From Opitutales bacterium (GTDB lineage: Bacteria > Verrucomicrobiota > Verrucomicrobiia > Opitutales > UBA953), in assembly GCA_040398005.1 (NCBI GenBank), contig JBBAUX010000008.1, positions 2,063-19,054 on the forward strand: a stretch of DNA of 16,992 bases. The letters run 5' to 3'. The stretch's first letter is position 1. Every line of letters begins with the position of its first letter. Both the position numbers and the translations under genes were made by a program. The notes beneath the pieces were generated by a model. It saw only the letters and a list, made by a program, of their open reading frames with translations, was not told the DNA's origin and searched no databases. Positions 6,567-14,771 of the stretch are shown piece by piece.

Positions 6567-8036
6567 GTGAAAGTTTTAGTCATTGGCACTGGATTTGGTG
6601 GCATCGCCGCAGCGTTACGTTTGCGGGCGAAGGGCTATGAGGTCGTGGTTATCGATCGTTGTGCGACGGTGGGCGGTCGGGCTCAGGTTTTTGAGCGTGA
6701 AGGCTTTCGGCATGATGCGGGACCCACGGTGATTACTGCACCGTTTTTATTCGAAGAACTTTTTAAACTCTTTGGTGAAAAATTATCTGACCATGTAAAC
6801 TTAGTGCCCGTGAAGCCTTGGTATCGATTTCATTTTAGTGACGGGAGTGAGTTTGATTATGGGGGCACGTTAGAAGAAACCTTGACGGAGATTGCGAAGA
6901 TTGAGCCCGCTGACTGCGAAGGGTATATGAAATTATTGGCTCACTCTAAGAAAATTTATCAGGTTGGGTTTGAAAAATTATCGGCAGAACCCTTTCACAA
7001 ATTTTGGACGATGGTAAAGCAGGTGCCGGCGTTGTTGAGATTAAGAAATTATGAGACCGTTTGGCAGATGGTTTCGCGCCATTTAAAAAGTCCAAAGCTC
7101 CGCCAGGCTTTTTCAATCCAACCTTTGTTAGTGGGCGGAAATCCTTTTGATACCACGAGCATTTATGGCCTCATTCATTATTTAGAACGAGAGCATGGGG
7201 TGCACTTCGTGATGGGTGGGACGGGTGCGCTGACTAAGGCCTTGGCGGATTTGATGGTCAGGCATGGCGTGCAGGTGCGACTCAACACTTCGGTGGCGTC
7301 TATTAAAATTAAAGACGGAGTGGCGTGTGGCGTTGTCCTGGCTGATGGAACGGAGATGGCGGCGGATCTTGTCGTATCGAATGCCGACGCGGCGCATTTA
7401 TATCAGAACATGGTTAAGCCCGAGGATCGTTCGGTGATGAGTGGGTTGAAACTCAAGGCGGCCCATTATTCGATGGGTCTGTATGTGCTTTATTTTGGAA
7501 CGAAGAAGCAATATCCTAAGGTGGCGCATCATACTATTTGGATGGGTAAGCGCTATCGGGAACTCTTGGATGATATTTTTCATAAGAAAATATTAGCGGA
7601 TGACTTTTCACTTTATTTACATCGTCCGACCGCCACCGATCCCAGTTTTGCGCCGGAAGGGTGTGACAGTTTTTATGTGCTGTGTCCGGTGCCCAATATG
7701 CAGTCGGGTATTGATTGGACGATTGAGGAACCCAAATTACGCGCTAAAATTATTCAAGCATTGGACGAGACTATTTTACCGGGCCTAAAGGAAAATATTG
7801 TAGCCGACTTTGCGATGACTCCGGCGGACTTTAAAAATAATTATGAAAGTGTCCATGGGGCTGGATTTTCGGTTGCGCCGCTCTTTAGGCAGTCGGCCTG
7901 GTTTCGTTTTCATAATAAAGCCGAAGGTATTAAGAATCTCTATTTGGTGGGTGCGGGAACGCATCCGGGGGCGGGATTGCCAGGCGTGTTATGTTCGGCC
8001 AAGGTGATTGACGCTCTCATACCCGCGACGAAATGA
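6567..8036 (+). CDS. crtI: Phytoene desaturase
   Basis: FAD-binding VIGTGFGG, DAGPTVIT, C-terminal LYLVGAGTHPGAGLPGVLCSAK; GTG start. Confidence 0.96.
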   Translation: MKVLVIGTGFGGIAAALRLRAKGYEVVVIDRCATVGGRAQVFEREGFRHDAGPTVITAPFLFEELFKLFGEKLSDHVNLVPVKPWYRFHFSDGSEFDYGGTLEETLTEIAKIEPADCEGYMKLLAHSKKIYQVGFEKLSAEPFHKFWTMVKQVPALLRLRNYETVWQMVSRHLKSPKLRQAFSIQPLLVGGNPFDTTSIYGLIHYLEREHGVHFVMGGTGALTKALADLMVRHGVQVRLNTSVASIKIKDGVACGVVLADGTEMAADLVVSNADAAHLYQNMVKPEDRSVMSGLKLKAAHYSMGLYVLYFGTKKQYPKVAHHTIWMGKRYRELLDDIFHKKILADDFSLYLHRPTATDPSFAPEGCDSFYVLCPVPNMQSGIDWTIEEPKLRAKIIQALDETILPGLKENIVADFAMTPADFKNNYESVHGAGFSVAPLFRQSAWFRFHNKAEGIKNLYLVGAGTHPGAGLPGVLCSAKVIDALIPATK

Positions 8037-8968
8037 AATCGGACAACCCACAGCTTCGTCGGGCGGAAGAAATTCTGGCAAAAAAAGGGAAGAGTTTTCA
8101 TTGGGCGAAGAAGTTGTTGTGTACGAAGCATGGTGAGCGGGCGACGAGGCTTTATGCCTTTTGTAGGTATTTGGATGACTTGGCGGATGAGGCGACAACA
8201 CCCGTGCAGGCGAGGGTGGCGTTGATGGAGGTAAGTCAATCGCTACAGACGGGTCGCACGAACGATCCCGTGGTGGCGGATGCGATTAATTTGATGAGTG
8301 ACTGTCGGATTGAGCCACAGATTCCCCAGGAGCTCATCAACGGATTATTAACGGACTTAGACGAAGTTGAGCTGAAGACCGTAGATGAATTATTACGATA
8401 CTGTTATCGGGTGGCTGGGACGGTGGGGTTGATGATGAGTGATGTTCTGGATGTTAAAGATCCAGCGGCGTCGCCTTTTGCGATTGATTTGGGAATAGGT
8501 ATGCAGCTCACGAATATTTGTCGGGATGTATTGGAGGACGCAAAAATGGGTCGACGTTACATACCCACGGAAATCATCGGTAAAATATCCTTAGATGATT
8601 TGATTAATCCATCGGCGGCACAGCAGGAACGTCTCCGTAAAGCGCTCTATTTTTTACTCAATTTAGCCGATGAATATTACGACAGCGGGGAGAGTGGCTT
8701 ACCCTATTTACCGTTACGCGCGCGGCATGGAATATTGATTGCCGCGAAGGTTTATGGTGCAATTGGACTGAAACTGAGGTCACTGGATTATCGTTATTGG
8801 GATGGGCGGGTCGTGATTCCGAAAACGCGAAAGCTGAGTATTACTTTTATGGCGTTGGGTGGCACTTTAGTGGATAGCGGGTTTTGGACGAAGCCGATTC
8901 GACATCGGGCGGAGCTACATCGGGCGCTGCATGCCTTACCCAGAGTAGATACCAGCTATGGAATCTGA
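8033..8968 (+). CDS. crtB: Phytoene synthase
   Basis: KSF, LYAFCRYLDDLAD, YCYRVAGTVG, LGIGMQLTNICRDVLEDA..GRRYIP; ATGA overlap with crtI. Confidence 0.95.
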   Translation: MKSDNPQLRRAEEILAKKGKSFHWAKKLLCTKHGERATRLYAFCRYLDDLADEATTPVQARVALMEVSQSLQTGRTNDPVVADAINLMSDCRIEPQIPQELINGLLTDLDEVELKTVDELLRYCYRVAGTVGLMMSDVLDVKDPAASPFAIDLGIGMQLTNICRDVLEDAKMGRRYIPTEIIGKISLDDLINPSAAQQERLRKALYFLLNLADEYYDSGESGLPYLPLRARHGILIAAKVYGAIGLKLRSLDYRYWDGRVVIPKTRKLSITFMALGGTLVDSGFWTKPIRHRAELHRALHALPRVDTSYGI

Positions 8969-10100
8969 TTATGATTTAATTATTATGGGAGGCGGGTGTG
9001 CGGGGCTCAGTTTAGCGATGCGTTTGGCGGAGTTGGGCGACCAGTGTCCGCGTGTTGCGATTATTGAGCGCCGTGAAAACTATGTGCATGATCGCACTTG
9101 GAGTTATTGGGCAACCGAGTCTGCTCAATTAACTCACTTAGCTAAATCAGATTGGAAAAAAGTCTTAGTCGGTGCGGCTGACCAGCGTGTGGTCGTGGAT
9201 TGTGACAAGACACCTTATCAATCGATTCATTCGGACGCCTTTTATCAGTCAGCCCTACGTAAAATTTACAAAAATAAACGGATTGATTTATTTTTAGGAG
9301 AATCGGTTGGGGTTATGCATAAGAAAAATAATCTTTGGCTGGTAAATATTCAAAATAGATTCGTCAGTGCACCGCAGATTATCGACACGCGACCCCCGAA
9401 ACGTACGAGTGATGATGCACCTATTTTATGGCAGTCATTCAGCGGGGTTGAGGTTAAGTGCGACCAGGGAGTTTTTGATGATAAGATTGCAACGTTGATG
9501 GATTTTACTGCAGGCACTTCGGACGAAATTAGATTTCTATATTTGTTACCCTATAGTTCGACATGTGCATTGATTGAGGCTACCGTTTTTGGAAAGCACG
9601 CGATGTCGCAGGGTGAGCTCGCCGCGATGTTGGATGGATTAGTTAAGAAATCGGTGGGATCGGTTGCTTACGAGATAACCTATCGGGAGCACTTTGTGAT
9701 TCCTATGGGGTTGGGTGATTACGTGCCAGGTAGTGACCCCTCTTACGTAACTGTTGGATTGGAATCGGGAGGCGCCAGGGCGTCGACTGGCTATGTGTTT
9801 CAGCGGATTCAGCGGTGGGCTAAAGGAGCGGTATCTGAGATAAAGAACGGTAAACCAGTCTCGGGTCATTCGCGGGACTCCTGGGTGGTTAGAAAGATGG
9901 ATTCGATTTTCCTGAGGGTATTAGAGCGTTATCCTGAGCGTGGGCCAGAGATTTTTATAAGGCTGTTTTCGATGCGCGATACGGGGTCGGTCATACGTTT
10001 TATGAATGACGAACCAACGCTTTCGGATATATTAAGGATTATGAGTGCCTTACCTTCGGGTATTTTTATCAAGGAACTTATGAGAGGATTTTTCCGATGA
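8958..10100 (+). CDS. crtY: Lycopene beta-cyclase
   Basis: DLIIMGGGCAGLSLA, DRTWSYW, LMDF, FLYLLP, ALIEAT, GG..RASTGY; located between crtB and blh. Confidence 0.88.
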   Translation: MESDYDLIIMGGGCAGLSLAMRLAELGDQCPRVAIIERRENYVHDRTWSYWATESAQLTHLAKSDWKKVLVGAADQRVVVDCDKTPYQSIHSDAFYQSALRKIYKNKRIDLFLGESVGVMHKKNNLWLVNIQNRFVSAPQIIDTRPPKRTSDDAPILWQSFSGVEVKCDQGVFDDKIATLMDFTAGTSDEIRFLYLLPYSSTCALIEATVFGKHAMSQGELAAMLDGLVKKSVGSVAYEITYREHFVIPMGLGDYVPGSDPSYVTVGLESGGARASTGYVFQRIQRWAKGAVSEIKNGKPVSGHSRDSWVVRKMDSIFLRVLERYPERGPEIFIRLFSMRDTGSVIRFMNDEPTLSDILRIMSALPSGIFIKELMRGFFR

Positions 10101-10972
10101 ACCTCATTCGAATTCAAGGTGTCCTCTTTGGAGTCATCTCCATTATCTGTTTATTGGCTTCGCTGTTTTTACCGGTGCTGGATAAGCAGACTGAGCTGAT
10201 CTTAGTGGCGGCTTTGATTATTATTCTCGGTGTTCCGCATGGTGCTTTGGACACACTCTTTGCGCGGGAATTATATGGAGTTAATTCAGCCACCGCGTGG
10301 ATTAAATTTTCGGTGATTTATTTGATGATGGCCGCACTGGTGGTGGTTTTGTGGTACATGGCGCCTCTTTTATTTCTAATGGGGTTTATTGGGATTTCGA
10401 TTGCGCACTTTTCGGGTGATCCGGATGGCGAGACTGGATGGTTCATTCGACTCATTTATGGTGGGGCGATTATTTTTATTCCCGTTTTAAAACATCCCCA
10501 GGAAATTGCGGATGTGTTTACTTTACTGGTGGGGGAGAAGAGTAGTCAGGCGTTGATGCCATGGATGTCGGGTTTAGCATTACCTTGGCTATTAGCGCTA
10601 TCGGCCGTGGTACTTTTTCTGCTCGTTAAGAAGTCACCCCTCAGTTTTGAGTTTTTATGTTTAGGACTCATCGCTTATTTTGTTTCACCCCTTATTTCGT
10701 TCACTATTTTCTTTTGTGGAATGCATAGTGCGAGGCACATTATTCGAACCGCCGCTTTCGCGAAATACTCGCAGCCCGTTTTACTTTTAGGTGCGATGCT
10801 ATTGCCGATGCTTGGCGTGTTGGTGATGTCGGTTGCTTCTTGGTATATGTTGAAGAATCAAAGTCTGGATGGTCGCGTTGTGCAGATTGTGTTTGTGGGT
10901 CTGGCTGCACTTACCGTGCCCCACATGGCATTGGTAGAGCAGGTGAGGGTGAAGGGGTGGATTGCTAAGTAG
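10097..10972 (+). CDS. blh: Beta-carotene 15,15'-dioxygenase (Brp/Blh)
   Basis: Multi-TM protein with His motifs GVPHGALD, AHF, HSARH and ALTVPHM; last gene of the cluster. Confidence 0.93.
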   Translation: MNLIRIQGVLFGVISIICLLASLFLPVLDKQTELILVAALIIILGVPHGALDTLFARELYGVNSATAWIKFSVIYLMMAALVVVLWYMAPLLFLMGFIGISIAHFSGDPDGETGWFIRLIYGGAIIFIPVLKHPQEIADVFTLLVGEKSSQALMPWMSGLALPWLLALSAVVLFLLVKKSPLSFEFLCLGLIAYFVSPLISFTIFFCGMHSARHIIRTAAFAKYSQPVLLLGAMLLPMLGVLVMSVASWYMLKNQSLDGRVVQIVFVGLAALTVPHMALVEQVRVKGWIAK

Positions 10973-11049
10973 GGGACACGTGGGCAAGGTGACAAGTTGG
11001 CTAGGGGAGAGGCAAAGATACACTTATCGATGCAATAGCGCCCCTACTT
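10967..11049. repeat. Octamer array, linker and degenerate REP bounded by 9-bp inverted repeats
   Basis: AAGTAGGGG (10967-10975) ... CCCCTACTT (11041-11049), enclosing GGGGACAC GTGGGCAA GGTGACAA GTTGGCTA GGGGAGAGGCAAAGATACAC. Confidence 0.8.
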
Positions 11050-11068
11050 GATTAAAACTCAACTGCCC

Positions 11069-11305
11069 TTACTTCGTAATAAAGGGGCGGGTGGAGGCTT
11101 GGCACCAGAGTTTGTAAATATTGATTACGTTTTTGCGAATGCCGGTGACAGGGATTTTTAGGAAGCCATTGCGTTTGGCGGCCTCGAAAAGAATACGTTC
11201 TTTTTGGGTGAGCCGATGTCCGACACCGCGATTACCGATTTTACCGCGCGTCGACTCTCCGCGGCTGAGCTTTTCGATGTCGTCTTTACGGGGGCGAGGG
11301 GGCAT
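11069..11305 (-). CDS. Small basic hypothetical protein (78 aa)
   Basis: ATG at 11305 (MPPRPRKDD...) just outside the repeat block; fills the gap between two repeat clusters; Arg/Lys-rich. Confidence 0.65.
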   Translation of the reverse strand: MPPRPRKDDIEKLSRGESTRGKIGNRGVGHRLTQKERILFEAAKRNGFLKIPVTGIRKNVINIYKLWCQASTRPFITK

Positions 11306-11319
11306 GGTGATTTGGTTTA

Positions 11320-11490
11320 GGGGACAAGTTGGCAAGGTGATCTAGTTTAGGGGACAAGTGGGCAAGTGGGCATGGTGACAAGGGGAAGAAACCTCAAGGC
11401 AAGAGCCAACATTCCATCAAGGTGACAAGGGGAGAGGCAAAAGCAAATGGACGCGAGTGAAACTCGCGAGGGGACAAGGTTACATGGGGA
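11320..11490 (+). repeat. Several octamer arrays plus a hairpin
   Basis: Duplicated GTTTAGGGGACAAGT starts; arrays; CGCGAGT-GAA-ACTCGCG (11452-11468) followed by AGGGGACAA GGTTACAT GGGGA. Confidence 0.88.
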
Positions 11491-11532
11491 AAACAATTGC
11501 AGGGGAGGTGGGGAGTGTTACTGAATAAACTA

Positions 11533-13113
11533 ATGAAGGGGGCGTTACTATTTTCTTTAATCCTAGCGAACGGAATATTTGCGGCCGAGTTGCCGGTGTC
11601 GTTCGTGGGGAGTGGGCCGGAATTAAAATATTTAAAGACTGAGCGAGGAGATCAAGTGTGTGATTTCTCGCATGCGGGCTATGGTGGTGGCGGCGTTGCA
11701 TTTCCGACATCGAACAATAAAAAGTCGGTTGGGTCCGTGACGGGTGACGCTTCAGAAGCTATCCAATCAGCCATTAATCAAGTGGCGTCGATGCCCTTAG
11801 TGGACGGCGTGCGTGGCACGGTTGAGTTGGCCGCAGGCACCTATTATTGTTCAAAAACTTTAGCGATTAAAACCAGTGGCATCATTATAAAAGGTGCGGG
11901 CAGTGCGGCGGGTGGAACGGTAATTAAATTAACTGGCAAACCTCATATTGCGATTATGATAGCGCATGAAGTGACCCAAGGTGAGGGCAAAGACTCGAGG
12001 AAAAAATCGAAAGCGGAAAATAGTAGCGAAGGGAAGTCGAGAAGTGCATCTAAACCCACTAAAATTACCAACGATTATGTCCCGTCGGGAACTACGGTGA
12101 TCAATGTCCAGTCGGTGTCGGGTCTGAAATTAGGCGACACTATTGAGATTACACGGGAGGCGACCAAGGAGTGGATTCGTTTTATGGAGATGGATAATTT
12201 GATGGATGGAGGAAAGTTGGAGACGTGGATGAAGGAGGACCGTCAGATTACGTATGTCCGAAAAATTAAATCGATTAAGGGAAATCAAATCATGGTTGAT
12301 ATCCCGTTGACCGATTGTATCGACACGCAGTTATTAAATAAGTCCGATATTCTACGCATTCTGGCGACAGTGACGAAGGTTGAACCGCCGAAAAAAATTT
12401 CGAGGTGTGGGCTGGAAAATTTCAAAATTGATGCACCCAATCCGGTGGGGGACTGGCGGGATGCGCAGAATATAGGAGTGATTATTAATGATGCGGAAGA
12501 CATTTGGATGAAGAATGTGGGCATGAAGAACACTTTTCCTGATGTGCAGGTGGGCGAGGATTCGCGGCGGGTGACGGTTGAGGCGTTAAAGACTGAGCAT
12601 CCTGGGGAGATTAAGCAGAGTGAGAAATCCAACGGGTATGCTTCGTATGTGCGACTCTTGGGGGCGCAGGTATTAATGAATAAATGCAATATCAGTGGGG
12701 ATAATGCATTTTATATTTCGACGGCGAATCCAGCGTCGCAACTCAATGTCATTTTAAATTCAACGTTTTCGGGTAACGGCTCGATTGAGCCACACATGAC
12801 ATGGTCGACTGGATTATTGCTCGATAACTGTAAGCTGAATCAGGGTGAAATCAGTATTAGGAATCGCGGTAAAGCGGGGTCGGGTCACGGCTGGACAATG
12901 GGCTGGTCGGTCGTTTGGAATTGTTCAGCGAAAAATATTACCATCGAGCAGCCACCGGGGGCGACCAATTGGTGTGTGGGATCGAGCGGAAAGTATGAAG
13001 TCGAAGACAAGGGCAAGAGCGCTTGGCTTTTCATGAAAGGGTCGTCAGTGACGCCCAGTAGTTTGTATCAGGCGCAGCTGGCAGTGCGCCTAGGGGACAA
13101 GGGGACACGGTGA
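11533..13113 (+). CDS. Secreted right-handed beta-helix (pectate lyase-like) carbohydrate-active protein
   Basis: Signal peptide MKGALLFSLILANGIFA from ATG 11533; DFSHAGYGGG, DASEAIQSAI, GTVELAAGTY, IIIKGAG, EPHMTWSTGLLLDN, GHGW and SLYQAQL. Confidence 0.8.
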   Translation: MKGALLFSLILANGIFAAELPVSFVGSGPELKYLKTERGDQVCDFSHAGYGGGGVAFPTSNNKKSVGSVTGDASEAIQSAINQVASMPLVDGVRGTVELAAGTYYCSKTLAIKTSGIIIKGAGSAAGGTVIKLTGKPHIAIMIAHEVTQGEGKDSRKKSKAENSSEGKSRSASKPTKITNDYVPSGTTVINVQSVSGLKLGDTIEITREATKEWIRFMEMDNLMDGGKLETWMKEDRQITYVRKIKSIKGNQIMVDIPLTDCIDTQLLNKSDILRILATVTKVEPPKKISRCGLENFKIDAPNPVGDWRDAQNIGVIINDAEDIWMKNVGMKNTFPDVQVGEDSRRVTVEALKTEHPGEIKQSEKSNGYASYVRLLGAQVLMNKCNISGDNAFYISTANPASQLNVILNSTFSGNGSIEPHMTWSTGLLLDNCKLNQGEISIRNRGKAGSGHGWTMGWSVVWNCSAKNITIEQPPGATNWCVGSSGKYEVEDKGKSAWLFMKGSSVTPSSLYQAQLAVRLGDKGTR

Positions 13114-13175
13114 CAAGGGTCGCGAGCACAGCTCGCGAGGGGACACGTGGGCAAGTTGGCACGTGGGCAAGGGGA
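13093..13175 (+). repeat. Octamer arrays plus a hairpin
   Basis: GGGGACAA GGGGACAC GGTGACAA; CGCGAGC-ACA-GCTCGCG (13121-13137); A GGGGACAC GTGGGCAA GTTGGCAC GTGGGCAA GGGGA. Confidence 0.9.
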
Positions 13176-13176
13176 A

Positions 13177-14604
13177 TTAGTTTACGGGGAGTTGGGCGGA
13201 AGTGGATTTGAGCCACGCGTCTAACTTTTTCTTTAAACTATTTTTGATTTCAATTTCTGAATTGGAGAGATCGAGTGACTCGCCTGGATCTTTTGCTAAA
13301 TTATAAAGTTCGTCTCGATTGTCTTCGTAGAAATGGATGAGGCGATAATCGCCGCTACGGATGGTGCTGTAGGGTCTGGCACCGCCGACGCGATGGTAGT
13401 GTGGGTAGTGCCAGAAGAGGTCACGTGTGGGCAGTATAGCTGCCGATTTAAGAAGTGGAGTCAGGCTTACGCCGTCGATGATGGAAGGTTGTGAGGTGAT
13501 GCCAGCCATCTCAATCAGTGAAGGGTAGATATCGATAGACTGAACCGGTGTAGATTGAGCCGATTGATTGGCAGTAGCTTTTGGCCAATAGATGATGAAG
13601 GGGACGCGTACGCCGCCTTCGTAGGCTGAGCCTTTGCCGTCGCGGTGGGGTGAGTTGTCGGTTACTTTAGGAAGTCCGCCATTATCGCTAGTGAATACGA
13701 TGATGGTGTTATCTGATAATTTTAGACGTTTCAGTGTTTCGCGGATTTTCCCGACTGAGTCATCCACGCTCGAAATCAGAGCAGCGTAGGTGGCGTTATT
13801 TTGTTTGAGATTGGTTTTATCTTTTTGTTCGAACTTTTTAATCACATCGGCTTTACCGGCAATCGGTTGATGAACCGCGTAATGCGCGAGATACAAGAAA
13901 AAGGGTTTAGTTTGGTTTTGCTCAATGAATTTAACGGCTTCATCGCCTTCGCGGTCGGTTAAGAACTCGTTCGTCGGTCCGTCTTGAAGATTTGGAATTT
14001 TATAAGGTGAGAAAAAACTTCCAGGCTGTCCGAGGTGATTACCGCCGAGATTAATATCGAAGCCATATTTCTGTGGGCTATAGTTATCGAATTCTTTGGC
14101 GTTAGGCGACAGGTGCCATTTGCCGATGAGTGCGGTGGAATACCCTGCGGATTTAAATTGCTGCGGTAGTGTGGTGGTGTCGGACGAAATAAATTTCCGC
14201 CAATCTGGGATTTTTACTTTGGCATTATCGGGTGCGGGATAACCAGGAATCCAATCCGTGAGGTGGAGTCGGGCGGGGTATTTTCCGGTGAGTAAAGCGG
14301 CACGACTGGGAGAGCAGACGGTAGAGGAAGAATAGGCCTGAGTGAACTGAACGCCGTCTTTGGCGAGCTGATCGATGTTGGGTGTCTCGTAGAACTTACT
14401 GCCTGTGCAGCCAAGGTCGGTAGCGCCCAAGTCGTCGGTAAGAATGACGATGACGTTGGGAGGGCTCGCTAAGACTGGCGCGGTAAGAAGAATAAATGAT
14501 AATATCAGGGGACATGTTGGCAAGGTGACACGGTGACAAGGGGAAATGCTCGGACACCACGCAATGGCGCCCCTACCTAATAAAAATGTGCGCAAGCGAT
14601 GCAT
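13177..14604 (-). CDS. Sulfatase (Cys-type, formylglycine-dependent S1 family), secreted; start codon uncertain
   Basis: PNVIVILTDDLG, catalytic CSPSRAALLTG, GKWHL, AVHQP, FTSDNGG, KGSAYEGGVRVP, ELYNL; hydrophobic leader LILSFILLTAPVLA. Confidence 0.92.
   Translation of the reverse strand: MHRLRTFLLGRGAIAWCPSISPCHRVTLPTCPLILSFILLTAPVLASPPNVIVILTDDLGATDLGCTGSKFYETPNIDQLAKDGVQFTQAYSSSTVCSPSRAALLTGKYPARLHLTDWIPGYPAPDNAKVKIPDWRKFISSDTTTLPQQFKSAGYSTALIGKWHLSPNAKEFDNYSPQKYGFDINLGGNHLGQPGSFFSPYKIPNLQDGPTNEFLTDREGDEAVKFIEQNQTKPFFLYLAHYAVHQPIAGKADVIKKFEQKDKTNLKQNNATYAALISSVDDSVGKIRETLKRLKLSDNTIIVFTSDNGGLPKVTDNSPHRDGKGSAYEGGVRVPFIIYWPKATANQSAQSTPVQSIDIYPSLIEMAGITSQPSIIDGVSLTPLLKSAAILPTRDLFWHYPHYHRVGGARPYSTIRSGDYRLIHFYEDNRDELYNLAKDPGESLDLSNSEIEIKNSLKKKLDAWLKSTSAQLPVN
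14508..14576. repeat. Octamer array plus GTAG REP lying inside the sulfatase 5' coding region
   Basis: GGGGACAT GTTGGCAA GGTGACAC GGTGACAA GGGGA; then GGACACCA-CGCAA-TGGCGCCC-CTAC (14552-14576). Confidence 0.85.
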
Positions 14605-14615
14605 TATGAATTGAG

Positions 14616-14745
14616 GGGACACACTAATTTAGGGGACACGTGGGCAAGGTGACACGGGACGCGAGCGTAGCTCGCGAGGGGACATGGTGACATGGGGACA
14701 CGGTGACAAGGGGTAGTGAAGGACGCGACACAGTCGCGCCCCTAC
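14616..14745. repeat. Octamer arrays, hairpin and GTAG REP
   Basis: CGCGAGC-GTA-GCTCGCG (14660-14676); arrays; GGACGCGAC-ACA-GTCGCGCCC-CTAC (14721-14745). Confidence 0.9.
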
Positions 14746-14771
14746 CTGTTGAAAAAAGTTAAACAAACGTC

